The notes beneath the pieces are model-generated. The model ran no database searches, was not told where the DNA came from, and saw only the letters and a program-made list of their open reading frames with translations. Positions 43,938 to 54,294 of a DNA stretch of 64,000 bases are shown in pieces; within the stretch, counting starts at the first letter, position 1; each line of letters begins with the position of its first letter. Origin of the DNA: an uncultured Chryseobacterium sp. (GTDB lineage: Bacteria > Bacteroidota > Bacteroidia > UBA10329). The position numbers and the translations under genes are program-made. The stretch is taken from NCBI GenBank assembly GCA_964500205.1, contig CAZCNS010000001.1, positions 433,000 to 496,999 on the forward strand, given 5' to 3'.

Positions 43938-46547
43938 TCAGAGACCGAGCATCCCGCGGATCATCTCGTTGGTCTCGTTGTCTTTAACCGCGTCCATCAC
44001 CTCCGAGACCCGCGTGAGCAGGGCCACATTGTTCTCCGGGTCAGACTCCGCGCTTTGCTTCATGCCCGCAAGCACCTGAATGGCCGAGAGACGCAGGTAC
44101 CACGCACCCTCGTTCAGGGCAATGTCCTCCAAGAGTGTGACCCCGTCCAGCTGCACCGTTGGCGCCTGGTTAAAGAGGTACTTGCCGAAGGTCTGGATGA
44201 AAGCGTACTTCTCGCCCGGGTCGCTGATGCGCTTGAAACTATTGGGGAAAAACTCCATGTTCTGAGGCCCTCCCTGCTTGGCATACAAAGCACCGATGGC
44301 GGAAATGAGACTGCCTCGGGCATCTTTCTCAGCCTCGGCCGCAAGTGCAAGAGCCTTGTCGCTGTCGTATGTACCAATGGCCCTGAGCGCAGCACCGGCC
44401 ACATTGTACGAACGGTCAGTAGATGCCTTCTCCACGATCATGCGGATGTTGGAATCGCTGCCGAAGCGGTCGGCCAGAATGGTCACAGCCTCGGCACGGA
44501 CAGCCGCCTTGGGGTCTGACTGCGCGAGTGTGGCGAGACGATTCTTCCAAAGGCTGGTATCCGCATGGTTGGCAGAGCGAAGGGCTTTCAGCGCCTCGAT
44601 GCGCAGGCCGTGGTGATCGTGCTCCAGCAGCTTCATCATGGCATCGGTCACCTCCGGGCTTTTCGACTTTTTCAAAACTGCAAGAGCTACGGTCTTGTCC
44701 TTGTACAGCGGTGCATTGCGGAGCTGATAAATGTACTCGTCCTCAGAGAGTTCGTCCTTGATGGTGCCGAGCAGCATCCGTTCGGCATCCACGATCACGA
44801 GTTCTGGTCGGATTCCTGTGTTGAAGGAGAAACTGTCGGCCTTGCGGTCGAGTACCACGCGCTCGCGCTTAACCACGCCCTGCGAATAGAAGTCGATGTC
44901 GAGCGGCAAGCGGTACAGCGGAAACTCCTTGAGATCTTGCTCCTGCGTGATGGTGACGGTGTAAGTCTTCGAGGCTTCATCATAAGCACGCTCCACACGA
45001 AGGTCGGGGTGTCCTTTGCCCAAGAACCACTGATTGAAGAACCAGTTCATGTCCTGCCCCGTCACTTCCTCTACCGCGAGGCGCAGCTGATGGATCTCAA
45101 CGGCCTCATATTCATGTTTTTTCAGATAAACACTCAATGACCGGTAGAAAGCATCATCACCGATAGTCTTGCGCAGCATGTGAAGCACACGCCCCCCTTT
45201 ATTGTAAGAGTGGGCATCGAACATGTCCTCCTTATCTTCATGATTGAAGCGGATGAGGTCCACGTGACCCTGCTGCTTGGCAGAGCCGAAGTACTGGCCC
45301 ATCTGCTCCTCGCTATGGCGGTCGGCCTCATGGCGGCCGTGGCGATGCTCCAGCCACATGTACTCACCGTATGTGGCAAAGCTCTCGTTGAGCGGCAGGT
45401 TGGCCCAGCTCTCGCAGGTCACTATGTCACCGAACCAGTGGTGAAACAGCTCGTGGGCGATGATGCGCTCGTTGTCCCCGTCCAGCAGCTCACGGTCGGT
45501 GCGGTGCAGGAACTCCCCGTGGATGACGGCAGTGGTGTTCTCCATCGCGCCTGAAACGTAGTCGCGCACCACGATCTGTGCATATTTCTCCCATGGATAA
45601 GGGTAGTCCAGCACATCGGAATAGAAGTCGAGCATGGCGGGCGTCTCCCCGAAGATCTGCTTCGCAAAAGGCGCGTAGTCGTGCTCCACGTAGTAATCCA
45701 CGACCAGATCCTTCCACTTGTCCTGGATTACCGCGAAATCGCCCACGGCCATCATGGCAAGGTAGGGGGCATGAGGCTTCTCCTGCCTCCACGTGTCAGT
45801 GCGGGTGCCGTCACCATTGTCCTTTGAACTGATGAGCAGCCCGTTGCTGAGGCTCACATACTTGGACGGCACGGTCATCGCGATCTCCTGCGTGGTGTTC
45901 TCGTTGGGCGCATCAATGGTGGGGAACCAGCACGAGCTGGCCTCGGTCTCGCCCTGAGTCCAGATCTGAACGGGCTTGTCGGGGTCCTCCCCTTTAGGAT
46001 TGATGAAGTACAGACCCTTGGCATCTGTGATGGCGGCACTGCCGCTCTGCTCCAATTCCTCAGGTTTGGCCGTGTAATCCACCCAGATGCGGAGGGTGTC
46101 TCTGCGGTTGTACTCCCTGTCCAGAGTGATGTGCATCTGCATGCCATCATACTCATACTTCAGCGCAGCGATGCCTGATTTTCCCTTTAGACCCACAGTA
46201 TGCAGGTCAAATCCCTTGGCATCGAGGGTCAGGGTATTGGTGCTGTAGAAATAAGGCTTGAGGGTGAGCTCGGCCTTGCCGTCCAGTGTCTGATTATCGT
46301 AGTTGAAACGCACGTCCAGCTTGGTATGCAGCAGGTCGAACTGCCGCTCGCGGGACTCGTTGTAATGCGGCCGTTCGGTGATCTCCGGCTCAGCCCCCAC
46401 CTCTACCGGTGCGGGTTCGGGTTCGGATGTCTGCGTTGCTGCGGTCTGCTTCTGCGAGGTGCAGCCATTGAGAATCAACGCAGCACTGAGCAGGGCGTGC
46501 ACAGGGAAAAGATTGCTTTTGAGGAAGTTCATTCGGAGCGAAATCAA
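43938..46547 (-). CDS. M1 family aminopeptidase (aminopeptidase N-like) lipoprotein with C-terminal HEAT-like repeats
   Basis: It has a lipoprotein signal (..ALILNGCTSQ). The GAMEN exopeptidase motif (SGAMENTTAV) and zinc site HELFHHWFGD...E are both present. The C-terminal helical repeat region is about 350 aa. Confidence 0.9.
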   Translation of the reverse strand: MISLRMNFLKSNLFPVHALLSAALILNGCTSQKQTAATQTSEPEPAPVEVGAEPEITERPHYNESRERQFDLLHTKLDVRFNYDNQTLDGKAELTLKPYFYSTNTLTLDAKGFDLHTVGLKGKSGIAALKYEYDGMQMHITLDREYNRRDTLRIWVDYTAKPEELEQSGSAAITDAKGLYFINPKGEDPDKPVQIWTQGETEASSCWFPTIDAPNENTTQEIAMTVPSKYVSLSNGLLISSKDNGDGTRTDTWRQEKPHAPYLAMMAVGDFAVIQDKWKDLVVDYYVEHDYAPFAKQIFGETPAMLDFYSDVLDYPYPWEKYAQIVVRDYVSGAMENTTAVIHGEFLHRTDRELLDGDNERIIAHELFHHWFGDIVTCESWANLPLNESFATYGEYMWLEHRHGRHEADRHSEEQMGQYFGSAKQQGHVDLIRFNHEDKEDMFDAHSYNKGGRVLHMLRKTIGDDAFYRSLSVYLKKHEYEAVEIHQLRLAVEEVTGQDMNWFFNQWFLGKGHPDLRVERAYDEASKTYTVTITQEQDLKEFPLYRLPLDIDFYSQGVVKRERVVLDRKADSFSFNTGIRPELVIVDAERMLLGTIKDELSEDEYIYQLRNAPLYKDKTVALAVLKKSKSPEVTDAMMKLLEHDHHGLRIEALKALRSANHADTSLWKNRLATLAQSDPKAAVRAEAVTILADRFGSDSNIRMIVEKASTDRSYNVAGAALRAIGTYDSDKALALAAEAEKDARGSLISAIGALYAKQGGPQNMEFFPNSFKRISDPGEKYAFIQTFGKYLFNQAPTVQLDGVTLLEDIALNEGAWYLRLSAIQVLAGMKQSAESDPENNVALLTRVSEVMDAVKDNETNEMIRGMLGL

Positions 46548-46621
46548 GCTATTGTTAACAAATGGGCGGCAAAAGTAAGGTGACTTGAGGGGGGTGTGCC
46601 TTTTTTGGGGATTTTTGGGCC

Positions 46622-47110
46622 ATGGCAGAACAGCAGGTCAATGTGAACGGCCAGGCCCACAAAGTGGTGCTTGATGGCAACGGTTCGGGACAGATCAACG
46701 GCATGGCCTTCAATCTCGATGTGCAACAGGTGAGCGATAGCATTTGGCACATTATCCGAGATGACCGAACCTACGAGGTTGAGGTGCTGGAAGAAGGTGT
46801 GATCAAGGTGAACGGGAATGCATACTCCACCGAACTCATCAACCCATTCGATGCCCTGTTGAAACAACTTGGCATGGATCGCGGGTCAGCTGGCAAGGTT
46901 GCAGAGGTGAAGGCACCCATGCCTGGTCTGGTGATCAGGGTAGTGGCCAAAGCGGGCGACACCGTGAATAAAAGTGACGCCATCCTCGTGCTGGAGGCTA
47001 TGAAGATGGAGAACGTCATCAAGTCACCGACAGACGGCACCATAGCCTCCATCGAGGTGCAACAGGGCAACACCGTAGAGAAGAATCAAGTAATGGTGAG
47101 ATTTGCTTGA
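46622..47110 (+). CDS. Biotin/lipoyl attachment domain protein (biotin carboxyl carrier protein-like)
   Basis: The C-terminal ..GDTVNKSDAILVLEAMKMENVIKSPTDGTIASIEV.. has the EAMKM biotinylation motif. Confidence 0.75.
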   Translation: MAEQQVNVNGQAHKVVLDGNGSGQINGMAFNLDVQQVSDSIWHIIRDDRTYEVEVLEEGVIKVNGNAYSTELINPFDALLKQLGMDRGSAGKVAEVKAPMPGLVIRVVAKAGDTVNKSDAILVLEAMKMENVIKSPTDGTIASIEVQQGNTVEKNQVMVRFA

Positions 47111-47134
47111 GACGCTGTTCGCTAGACCCTTTAT

Positions 47135-48310
47135 CTAACCTGCGAAAACCCCGTCAAGGCAGCTGAATATCCTTCCGAACTGCTCTTCACCCAGGTCTGA
47201 ACCTGAGGGCAGGCAAAGCCCGATGTCAAATAGTCGCTCGCAGACATTTGAACCGAAGTAGGGGAACTGCTCGAAAACCGGTTGCATGTGCATCGGTTTC
47301 CATAACGGACGAGCCTCTATATTTTCGGCTTCGAGAGTCAGTCGCACTTTTTCCCGGGTAATACCCTTATTTCGCTCAGGATCGATGAGCACGCAAGACA
47401 GCCACCGGTTGCTGAACATGCCTTCAGGTGCTAAGTGAAGAGCGACATCAAAGCCTTTTCCTACCAATCCCTCAAAGTAAATCCGATAACGCTCAAAGTT
47501 GGCTCTGCGCTGAGCCACCCGCTTATCGAGCACCTCCATCTGCCCTCGTCCGATTCCCGCGAGCACATTGCTGAGGCGATAGTTGTATCCCACGTGGCTG
47601 TGCTGATAGTGAGGAGCGGCATCACGGGCCTGCGTGGCGAGAAAACGTGCCTTCGATATGGTATCGGCATCATTGCCGAGCAACGCACCACCACCGCTCG
47701 TGGTGATGATCTTGTTGCCGTTGAAACTCAACGCGGCAAGTTGTCCGAAAGTACCGCATGCATGGCCCTGATATTTGGATCCAAGGGCCTCGGCAGCATC
47801 CTCCAGCACAGGTATGCCATAGCGTTCGGCCACGGCCATTATCTCTTTCATCCTGGCCGGCATCCCGTATAAATGTACCGGTATGATGGCCTTCGGCTTC
47901 TTAGCCGCAAGTACATTCCCATTGGCATCTTCACCACCGCTCATGCACGCTTGAATCGCATGCTCCAACTGCACTGGACACATGTTCCACGTTTCCTCCT
48001 CTGAATCGACAAAGACCGGGATGGCTCCTTGATATCGAATAGGATTGGCGGAGGCCGAGAAGGTCATGCTCTGACAGAGGACATAATCGTCCTGCCCCAC
48101 TCCCAGGAGTATCAGGCCCAGATGCAGCGCAGATGTGCCCGAACTGAGCGCAGCAGCGTGTGCTGCCCCTGTGTAGCGGCAAAGATCCTCCTCAAACCCG
48201 TTGACGTTAGGACCCAGCGGGGCTATCCAATTAGTGGCGAACGCCTCTGCCACATATTTCTCCTCTGTTCCGCCCATGTGGGGGGATGAGAGCCAGATTT
48301 TATCACTCAT
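47135..48310 (-). CDS. DegT/DnrJ/EryC1/StrS family PLP-dependent sugar aminotransferase (PglE/WecE-like)
   Basis: It begins ..KIWLSSPHMGGTEEKYVAEAFATNWIAPLGPNVNGFE..ALSSGTSALHLGL.. and has the PLP-binding lysine in a ..SFNGNKIITTSGGGAL.. context. The start was taken at MSDKIW (48310); the ORF extends to 48391. Confidence 0.85.
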   Translation of the reverse strand: MSDKIWLSSPHMGGTEEKYVAEAFATNWIAPLGPNVNGFEEDLCRYTGAAHAAALSSGTSALHLGLILLGVGQDDYVLCQSMTFSASANPIRYQGAIPVFVDSEEETWNMCPVQLEHAIQACMSGGEDANGNVLAAKKPKAIIPVHLYGMPARMKEIMAVAERYGIPVLEDAAEALGSKYQGHACGTFGQLAALSFNGNKIITTSGGGALLGNDADTISKARFLATQARDAAPHYQHSHVGYNYRLSNVLAGIGRGQMEVLDKRVAQRRANFERYRIYFEGLVGKGFDVALHLAPEGMFSNRWLSCVLIDPERNKGITREKVRLTLEAENIEARPLWKPMHMQPVFEQFPYFGSNVCERLFDIGLCLPSGSDLGEEQFGRIFSCLDGVFAG

Positions 48311-48947
48311 GAAATTTAATTGGCTTAGCCGGAATTCCAACAGCAGTGCATTTTGCTGGAATAGACCTCGAAACAACAGCGCCTGCACCAATAACGCTGT
48401 ACTCTCCTATGCGAACCTGATTGATCACGGTGGCCCCGGTTCCAACATAAACCCCCTCTTCAATCATGGTTTCGCCTGAAATGTTACTGCCAGGCATAAA
48501 TGAACTGTAGTCACCGATTTTGGAATCATGCCCAACAGTACACGCAAGGTTAAATATCACATGCTTTCCGACCACGATGTCAACGGTCAAAATGTTTCCT
48601 GCACAGACAATACATCCCTCTCCAAGTTCCACCGATTCCCTGTCCCATACAACATTTGGATGCACCAAAATCGGACTGGTGACCAAAGGATTATTGACTG
48701 AGTTGATAACTCGTCTTTTCACAATGGGATTGCCAATGGCGTAGACCAAACTCAACTCAGTCTCCCAAGCATTGAGGTCTGAAGCTCCACCCAGCACAGG
48801 AAAACCTCCGATGACCGTCCCCTTTTCAATACCATCATCGAAATAGCCAATGAAATGCCATTGTTCCTTCTCGTTATTAATACAATCTACAAGAAATTTC
48901 ACCTCGCGGCCAAATCCACCCGCTCCGTAAACTGCCAATTTTCTCAT
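48303..48947 (-). CDS. Sugar N-acetyltransferase of the NeuD/PglD/VioB family (left-handed beta-helix)
   Basis: It has an N-terminal nucleotide-binding-like ..KLAVYGAGGFGREV.. and C-terminal hexapeptide repeats (..IGEGCIVCAGNILTVDIVVGKHV..IGDYSSFMPGSNISGETMIEEGVYVGTGATVI..). Confidence 0.8.
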   Translation of the reverse strand: MRKLAVYGAGGFGREVKFLVDCINNEKEQWHFIGYFDDGIEKGTVIGGFPVLGGASDLNAWETELSLVYAIGNPIVKRRVINSVNNPLVTSPILVHPNVVWDRESVELGEGCIVCAGNILTVDIVVGKHVIFNLACTVGHDSKIGDYSSFMPGSNISGETMIEEGVYVGTGATVINQVRIGEYSVIGAGAVVSRSIPAKCTAVGIPAKPIKFHE

Positions 48948-48948
48948 C

Positions 48949-49560
48949 TTAACTATCTGCACTTCCGGTAAAGCGTTCCATGGTGGCCTGGCCGTCCTGA
49001 CTGATGCCCTCTGACTTAACCACTTTCAGAATGGTGAGCAAAAGTATGCGCATATCGAGCAGGAATGAGAGATTGTCCACATACCAGACATCATACTTGA
49101 ATTTCCACTCCCAGCTGATGGCGTTGCGGCCATTGACTTGCGCCCAACCGGTGATGCCTGGCCTCACCTCGTGCCTCCTTCCCTGCTCAGCGGAGTAAAG
49201 CGGGAGATACTCTACCAAGAGCGGACGCGGCCCGATAAGACTCATATCGCCCTTCAGCACGTTGAAAAGCTGTGGTAGTTCGTCCAATGATGTCTTCCGC
49301 ACGAATTTGCCCACGGTGGTCAGACGCTGAGAGTCTGAAAGAAGCTCCCCGTCAGCTCCTCGGCTGTCGTTCATGGTCTTGAACTTGATGACCTTAAAAA
49401 TCTTCCCGTTGAGGCCAGGCCTTGATTGGGCGAAAAAGGGGGTGCCTCGGTTGCCGATCAGGAGAACCAATGCCACCATAACGATCAATGGAAATGCCAA
49501 CATGAGCACAAGTACAGCTACTGCGAAATCGAAAAATCGTTTGAAGATCTTACTGTACAT
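48949..49560 (-). CDS. Bacterial sugar transferase (undecaprenyl-phosphate sugar phosphotransferase, PglC/WbaP C-terminal-domain type)
   Basis: ..[37 protein letters not shown]...[32 protein letters not shown] is the canonical small-form sugar transferase. Confidence 0.85.
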   Translation of the reverse strand: MYSKIFKRFFDFAVAVLVLMLAFPLIVMVALVLLIGNRGTPFFAQSRPGLNGKIFKVIKFKTMNDSRGADGELLSDSQRLTTVGKFVRKTSLDELPQLFNVLKGDMSLIGPRPLLVEYLPLYSAEQGRRHEVRPGITGWAQVNGRNAISWEWKFKYDVWYVDNLSFLLDMRILLLTILKVVKSEGISQDGQATMERFTGSADS

Positions 49561-50857
49561 GGTTCAAACTGCTCAAGTGATTGAGATAGCGCTCGGCCAG
49601 CACACTCCGGTCAAAATTCTCCTTTGCGAACAAATATCCGTTCTCGCCTTCTTCAATAACCCGTTCGGGATCTTTGAGATAATCGCGGATTCTGGACGCA
49701 ATATCCTCAGCATCTTCGGGTTCTGCAAAGCTGCCACAGCGTGCCTCTTCCACCAGCTCTCTCGAAACACCGTCAATGCACAATAAGATAGGCCGCTTAC
49801 AGGCCATGTAATCGAAAGTCTTGTTGGAGTATATGGTTTTGAAAGTGTCTACACGCTTCAACACAGACGTGCCCATGTCCGATGCAAGAATATACTTGAA
49901 CACCTCGGCTTTGGGTACCGGATCGTGGAAAATGACATTAGAAATACCGCGCCTTTCAGCCTCCTCACGAAGCCACTCCTTCTGCATACCACTGCCTATA
50001 AGCTGAAACAGCACATTGGTGTCCAGTAGCAGCTCGGCTGCATCAAGTATCTGCACCAGATGGTTGGCCACCCCGTGAGCCCCCACGTAGGTGATGACAA
50101 AACGGTCATCAATGCCCAATTCCCTCCGGAAAGCACTGCTGTCAAAGTTGTTCAACAACTCGTCCGAAAGGGCGAAATCAGCAGCATTCGGCACGAAGAC
50201 AATCTTTTCCTTCGGCACTGATTTCTTGTCTATCAGGGTGTTTCTGAAGGCAGGGGTAAGCACATTGATAAGCCGGGATTTTCGGTAAACGAACCCTTCG
50301 AACCAATAAGCGAACCTGATGATATGAGGGTTGGTCACCACACCTGTGTCGATGGCCGACTCAGGCCAAAGATCACGAATCTCAAACACCATCGGAATTC
50401 TGCGCAGTCGCGACAGGAGATAACCTGTGATTCCAAGAAACAGCGGGGGAGAGGTGACCAGCACAACGTCATAATTGCCTCTTGCCCTGAACAGACCCGC
50501 CCACAATGAACTTAACACAAATGAGAAATAACCCCAAAGCCGCCCTCCGAAACTACTGTTATATGATTCAGATACATGACAGCGCCAAACGTCAACACTG
50601 CCGTGCTTTTTTCGCGCGAACCATCGGCCTTTATACTCGGGCCTTTTCTGACTTCCGTTGGCATGAACCATGCCCGCAATGACAGTGACCTCGGCACCAA
50701 GCTCGGTCCAAGTGCGAGTCATCTCATTGAAACGGGAGCCTCCGGGGTCGTCCTCTTCAAGGAAGTACTGGTGGATAAGAAGTATTTTCAAAGGTTCACT
50801 CTTTTGCTGGGGCAAAGGGAACAATTCTACACGAAACCTCAGCACTGCCGAATCCAT
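49550..50857 (-). CDS. Glycosyltransferase family 4 (GT-B)
   Basis: It has ..[17 protein letters not shown].. and the C-terminal GT4 E-x7-E region. The first about 21 codons overlap the upstream gene's 3' end, so the real start is probably a later or non-ATG codon. Confidence 0.7.
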   Translation of the reverse strand: MDSAVLRFRVELFPLPQQKSEPLKILLIHQYFLEEDDPGGSRFNEMTRTWTELGAEVTVIAGMVHANGSQKRPEYKGRWFARKKHGSVDVWRCHVSESYNSSFGGRLWGYFSFVLSSLWAGLFRARGNYDVVLVTSPPLFLGITGYLLSRLRRIPMVFEIRDLWPESAIDTGVVTNPHIIRFAYWFEGFVYRKSRLINVLTPAFRNTLIDKKSVPKEKIVFVPNAADFALSDELLNNFDSSAFRRELGIDDRFVITYVGAHGVANHLVQILDAAELLLDTNVLFQLIGSGMQKEWLREEAERRGISNVIFHDPVPKAEVFKYILASDMGTSVLKRVDTFKTIYSNKTFDYMACKRPILLCIDGVSRELVEEARCGSFAEPEDAEDIASRIRDYLKDPERVIEEGENGYLFAKENFDRSVLAERYLNHLSSLNHVQ

Positions 50858-52685
50858 CCACTCTCAATACCTCTGTTTCCGTGCACTGCAGATAGTGAAG
50901 TGATGAATAGCCCCGCTCAATGTTCAGCGAGCTGTGTTTACCGGAAAGCTCCATGCAAACCCGATCTGTTTTGCAATCACTCTCTGATAACTCCACCCAA
51001 CTGCTATTCATCTGATAACGCAAGCACCATGATTCTTGCGTGTCCAACCGGTCGGTAACTGTGAGTTGACCGTTGTTTTCAAGTATCAACAAACGGGTGT
51101 GGCGATTTGCCCAAGCATCAGTGTAAGAACCTTCCCAGACCAGAACATCTTCGCGAGCTGTGACCAATGAGACGGCATCGGCTTTTATCCATTTGGCCAG
51201 TAGGAACTTTGAGATGCGCGGCATTTGATCGTGATTCCCGAACTGAACAGTGTTGTGCCCCATCACCGATTTGAACCGACCTGCAAAGGGTTCATCGCTG
51301 TTGTAGGAGTAGGAACCGCTCCCGATGATCAGGTTGGCACCTCGGTGCCAAACATCCAAATGGAAAGCATCATTGGCCAAGGGGCGGAATCGGTCATCGG
51401 GAATTCGCAGGAATACATGCGTGCCTCCGTTGCGCAGAATCAGATACTGCTCATCGAGAATCTCGAACTGATGAAGTTCACGCTTGACGACCGGGAACGA
51501 GTTCCAGCTGTCAGGACATCGCCAAAAGATGGTCTCGTCCCATGGGCCCGAATCGAATACCCGCTCTCGGTAAAGCATCCAATGAGCCAATTGGCAAGAG
51601 GCTCTGAAATCCCGGTATCCACATCCATGGAGGTTCTCAATCATCGCACCATCATTGGCACCGAGATTGGGAGCATCGCCCGTTTCCGGTATGATGAACT
51701 TGTACTGCCATGATACAAGCTGCTCCAAACGCTCCAACTCCTCTACGGTCAGAGACAATGAGAGCCTCTCTGCATAGAAAAGCACGAAAGAGGCTGTGTC
51801 AACCACTACCCGGTGATAATTGACCGAGCGCTGCGAGAACGAACCGTCCTTAGCGATGAGCTTGAGCAGTCTGCCCTTCCATATTGACCGGCCTTTTCTG
51901 GCCCAAGATTGTAGTCTTCTCCTGGTTGGCTCATTATTAGCTCCATATTTTAAAACCCATGCAGAACCGATCCAGAGCGCTGCCGACTCTGACGTACCAT
52001 GATTGTTATCCTGTGCAACCGAGTAGCCGATGTTACCCTCTACACGTGCCAGATGCTGAATGACGAGTCCTTGGAGAACTTCTGAAGGCTGCTCCCACTG
52101 TTTGACAACAAGTGCCGCATGCATCAGCTTCATCACCCGAAATGAGGTCTCCTGTCCGCACTTCCAGTTGGGGCCGATATTAGGGGGGTTGTTGACCGAC
52201 CAATCACTCAACCAAGTATTCAGCTGCGTGAGATATTTCTCATCTCCAAAGACCCGATAGGCCCTTGCAAGGTCAGTGATCCAATCAAATCGCGAAGGTT
52301 CCCAGATTATCTTCACGTCACCTGTTTCGAGGCCAAAATCTGAAAGCTCTGTCCAGTGCTTTGACGGATTGACCAAAGTCCGGGCGGTGAACGGATTTCT
52401 GAACCAATCGGGACGTAGCCCAACATCGAACTCATGGATTGAGAACCAGCGCAGTCGGCCACTATGAATGGCGTCCGCCCGCTGTCGGAGACTAACTTTC
52501 CATGCATCTGGATACGCAAGCAGCGCGTCCGTCTGATTGAAGAACACTCCCACTGCTGGGGGAGCAACAGGAAACCACTGCTTTCGGATTCCCATCCGCA
52601 TGCTGACTCTGTACCACAACATGTAGAACACGTTTGCCCAACCAAGTCTTGGCAAGGTTTCGACAAGCAGCAGCAGCCTTTCCAA
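50796..52685 (-). CDS. Heparinase II/III-like (alginate-lyase superfamily) protein within the polysaccharide biosynthesis locus
   Basis: It is 629 aa with the Trp-rich helical N-terminal toroid (..WKCGQETSFRVMKL.., ..NNHGTSESAALWIGS..) and a beta-sandwich C-terminus (..HGHNTVQF..). The resemblance is judged by eye only. Confidence 0.45.
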   Translation of the reverse strand: MERLLLLVETLPRLGWANVFYMLWYRVSMRMGIRKQWFPVAPPAVGVFFNQTDALLAYPDAWKVSLRQRADAIHSGRLRWFSIHEFDVGLRPDWFRNPFTARTLVNPSKHWTELSDFGLETGDVKIIWEPSRFDWITDLARAYRVFGDEKYLTQLNTWLSDWSVNNPPNIGPNWKCGQETSFRVMKLMHAALVVKQWEQPSEVLQGLVIQHLARVEGNIGYSVAQDNNHGTSESAALWIGSAWVLKYGANNEPTRRRLQSWARKGRSIWKGRLLKLIAKDGSFSQRSVNYHRVVVDTASFVLFYAERLSLSLTVEELERLEQLVSWQYKFIIPETGDAPNLGANDGAMIENLHGCGYRDFRASCQLAHWMLYRERVFDSGPWDETIFWRCPDSWNSFPVVKRELHQFEILDEQYLILRNGGTHVFLRIPDDRFRPLANDAFHLDVWHRGANLIIGSGSYSYNSDEPFAGRFKSVMGHNTVQFGNHDQMPRISKFLLAKWIKADAVSLVTAREDVLVWEGSYTDAWANRHTRLLILENNGQLTVTDRLDTQESWCLRYQMNSSWVELSESDCKTDRVCMELSGKHSSLNIERGYSSLHYLQCTETEVLRVDGFGSAEVSCRIVPFAPAKE

Positions 52686-52702
52686 TCCTATTTAGCTGAA
52701 GG

Positions 52703-53800
52703 TCAATATAAACCGCCCAATCGGATGAGCACATCCACAATGCGCTGGGCTGTTTTTCCATCCCACAGCTCTGGGACGTCCCCTTTTTTCCATTGACCAG
52801 CGAACAGTGTCGCCATTGCGGGTGCGATTGCTTTGGGGTCGGTGCCAATAAGCTCGTTGGTACCTACAGTGACCGTCTCCGGCCGTTCGGTGTTGTCTCG
52901 CAAGGTCATACACGGCACTCCCATCACGGTGGTCTCCTCAGTTATTCCACCCGAATCGGTGATGACCGCCTTGGCATGTTTCACCAGATAGTTGAACTCC
53001 AAGTATCCCATGGGATCGCTGAAATGCAGGTTGGGAGCATCAACCCCCAGTCCTTGCAGCATCTTGGCCGTGCGTGGATGCACAGGAAAGATGAGCGGAA
53101 GGCCGTTGCTGTTGGTGACTATCTCGTTGAGCAGTTCCTTGAGTTTGGCCTCCTCGTCCACGTTGGCGGGTCGATGCAGGGTCATAACGAAATAACTGCC
53201 CGCCTCCAACCCGGCAATGTCCCAGATGGCGGGGCGGGTGAACCGGGGCATGTTCGTCAGCAGCGTATCGATCATGGTGTTTCCCACGAAGAAGATGCGG
53301 TCGTCTGCCACACCTGATTCCCTCAAGTTACGGTTGGCAACCTCGGATGTAGTGAAAAAGTAATTGGTGATGCTGTCGGTCACCAGCCTGTTGATCTCCT
53401 CAGGCATGGTCCAATCACCTGAGCGGATACCCGCCTCCACATGTGCTACTTTCACATGAAGCTTCTGGGCCGCGATGGCGCAGGCCATGGTCGATGTCAC
53501 GTCACCGACCACGAGACACAGGTCGGGCTTTTTATCCAGCAAAAGTCTTTCGTAGCCTACCATGATCGCTGAGGCTTGTTCGGCCTGCGTACCCCCTCCT
53601 GCTCCGAGATTCACATTGGGATTGGGGATATTGAGCTGCTCGAAAAAGCTTTCGCTCATGTTCCGATCATAATGCTGGCCGGTGTGAATCAGCCTGAACG
53701 AAATGTCAGCACCGCTCTCCGCAGCAGCCGAAATGGCGTGCGTAATCGGGGCTATCTTCATGAAGTTGGGGCGTGCGCCCGCGATGAGATCTACAAGCAT
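52703..53800 (-). CDS. wecB: UDP-N-acetylglucosamine 2-epimerase (non-hydrolysing)
   Basis: ..ARPNFMKIAPI.. and ..IHTGQHYD..MS..FF..L.IP.P..NL..G.. are followed by ..DSGGITEE... This is the typical WecB/MnaA fold. Confidence 0.85.
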   Translation of the reverse strand: MLVDLIAGARPNFMKIAPITHAISAAAESGADISFRLIHTGQHYDRNMSESFFEQLNIPNPNVNLGAGGGTQAEQASAIMVGYERLLLDKKPDLCLVVGDVTSTMACAIAAQKLHVKVAHVEAGIRSGDWTMPEEINRLVTDSITNYFFTTSEVANRNLRESGVADDRIFFVGNTMIDTLLTNMPRFTRPAIWDIAGLEAGSYFVMTLHRPANVDEEAKLKELLNEIVTNSNGLPLIFPVHPRTAKMLQGLGVDAPNLHFSDPMGYLEFNYLVKHAKAVITDSGGITEETTVMGVPCMTLRDNTERPETVTVGTNELIGTDPKAIAPAMATLFAGQWKKGDVPELWDGKTAQRIVDVLIRLGGLY

Positions 53801-53841
53801 CCAGGTTTTGATTATGGGTTTTAAGAAATCGTGAGATACAA

Positions 53842-54294
53842 CTATTTCAAGTTATAATATCGCTCGTGCCGACCCTGCTGCACTATGCGCATTGGATTCC
53901 CGACAACAGTGGCATTGTCTGGCACATCCTTGTTCACCACAGTATTTGCTCCGACAATAACATTATCACCGACCCTAATCTCGCCAAAAACCACAGAACC
54001 AGCTCCGATGTACGTGTCATTTCCTATTATCGGCACACTGATGTCGCCAAAGTTCCTTCCTATCGTCACATTTTGACCAATAGTGACGTTCTCTCCTATT
54101 GTCGCATTAGAATGAACCACAACGCCAAGACCCCAATAACCGATGCTGAAATTGGACCCAATCTTGGCCGATGAAGGCAACCACGTAGAGAAAAGCAACC
54201 TATTCAGGTAAGTGAAAACTTTCCCCAACAATGGAGCGCCACTCCTGTGAAAATAATTGCCTATTCGGTATACCAACACTGGTGGTGTAGTCAT
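53842..54294 (-). CDS. Hexapeptide-repeat O-acetyltransferase (serine acetyltransferase/WcaB-like)
   Basis: It is 150 aa with the left-handed beta-helix repeats ..IGENVTIGQNVTIGRN..IGNDTYIGAGSVVFGEIRVGDNVIVGANTVV... Confidence 0.7.
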   Translation of the reverse strand: MTTPPVLVYRIGNYFHRSGAPLLGKVFTYLNRLLFSTWLPSSAKIGSNFSIGYWGLGVVVHSNATIGENVTIGQNVTIGRNFGDISVPIIGNDTYIGAGSVVFGEIRVGDNVIVGANTVVNKDVPDNATVVGNPMRIVQQGRHERYYNLK

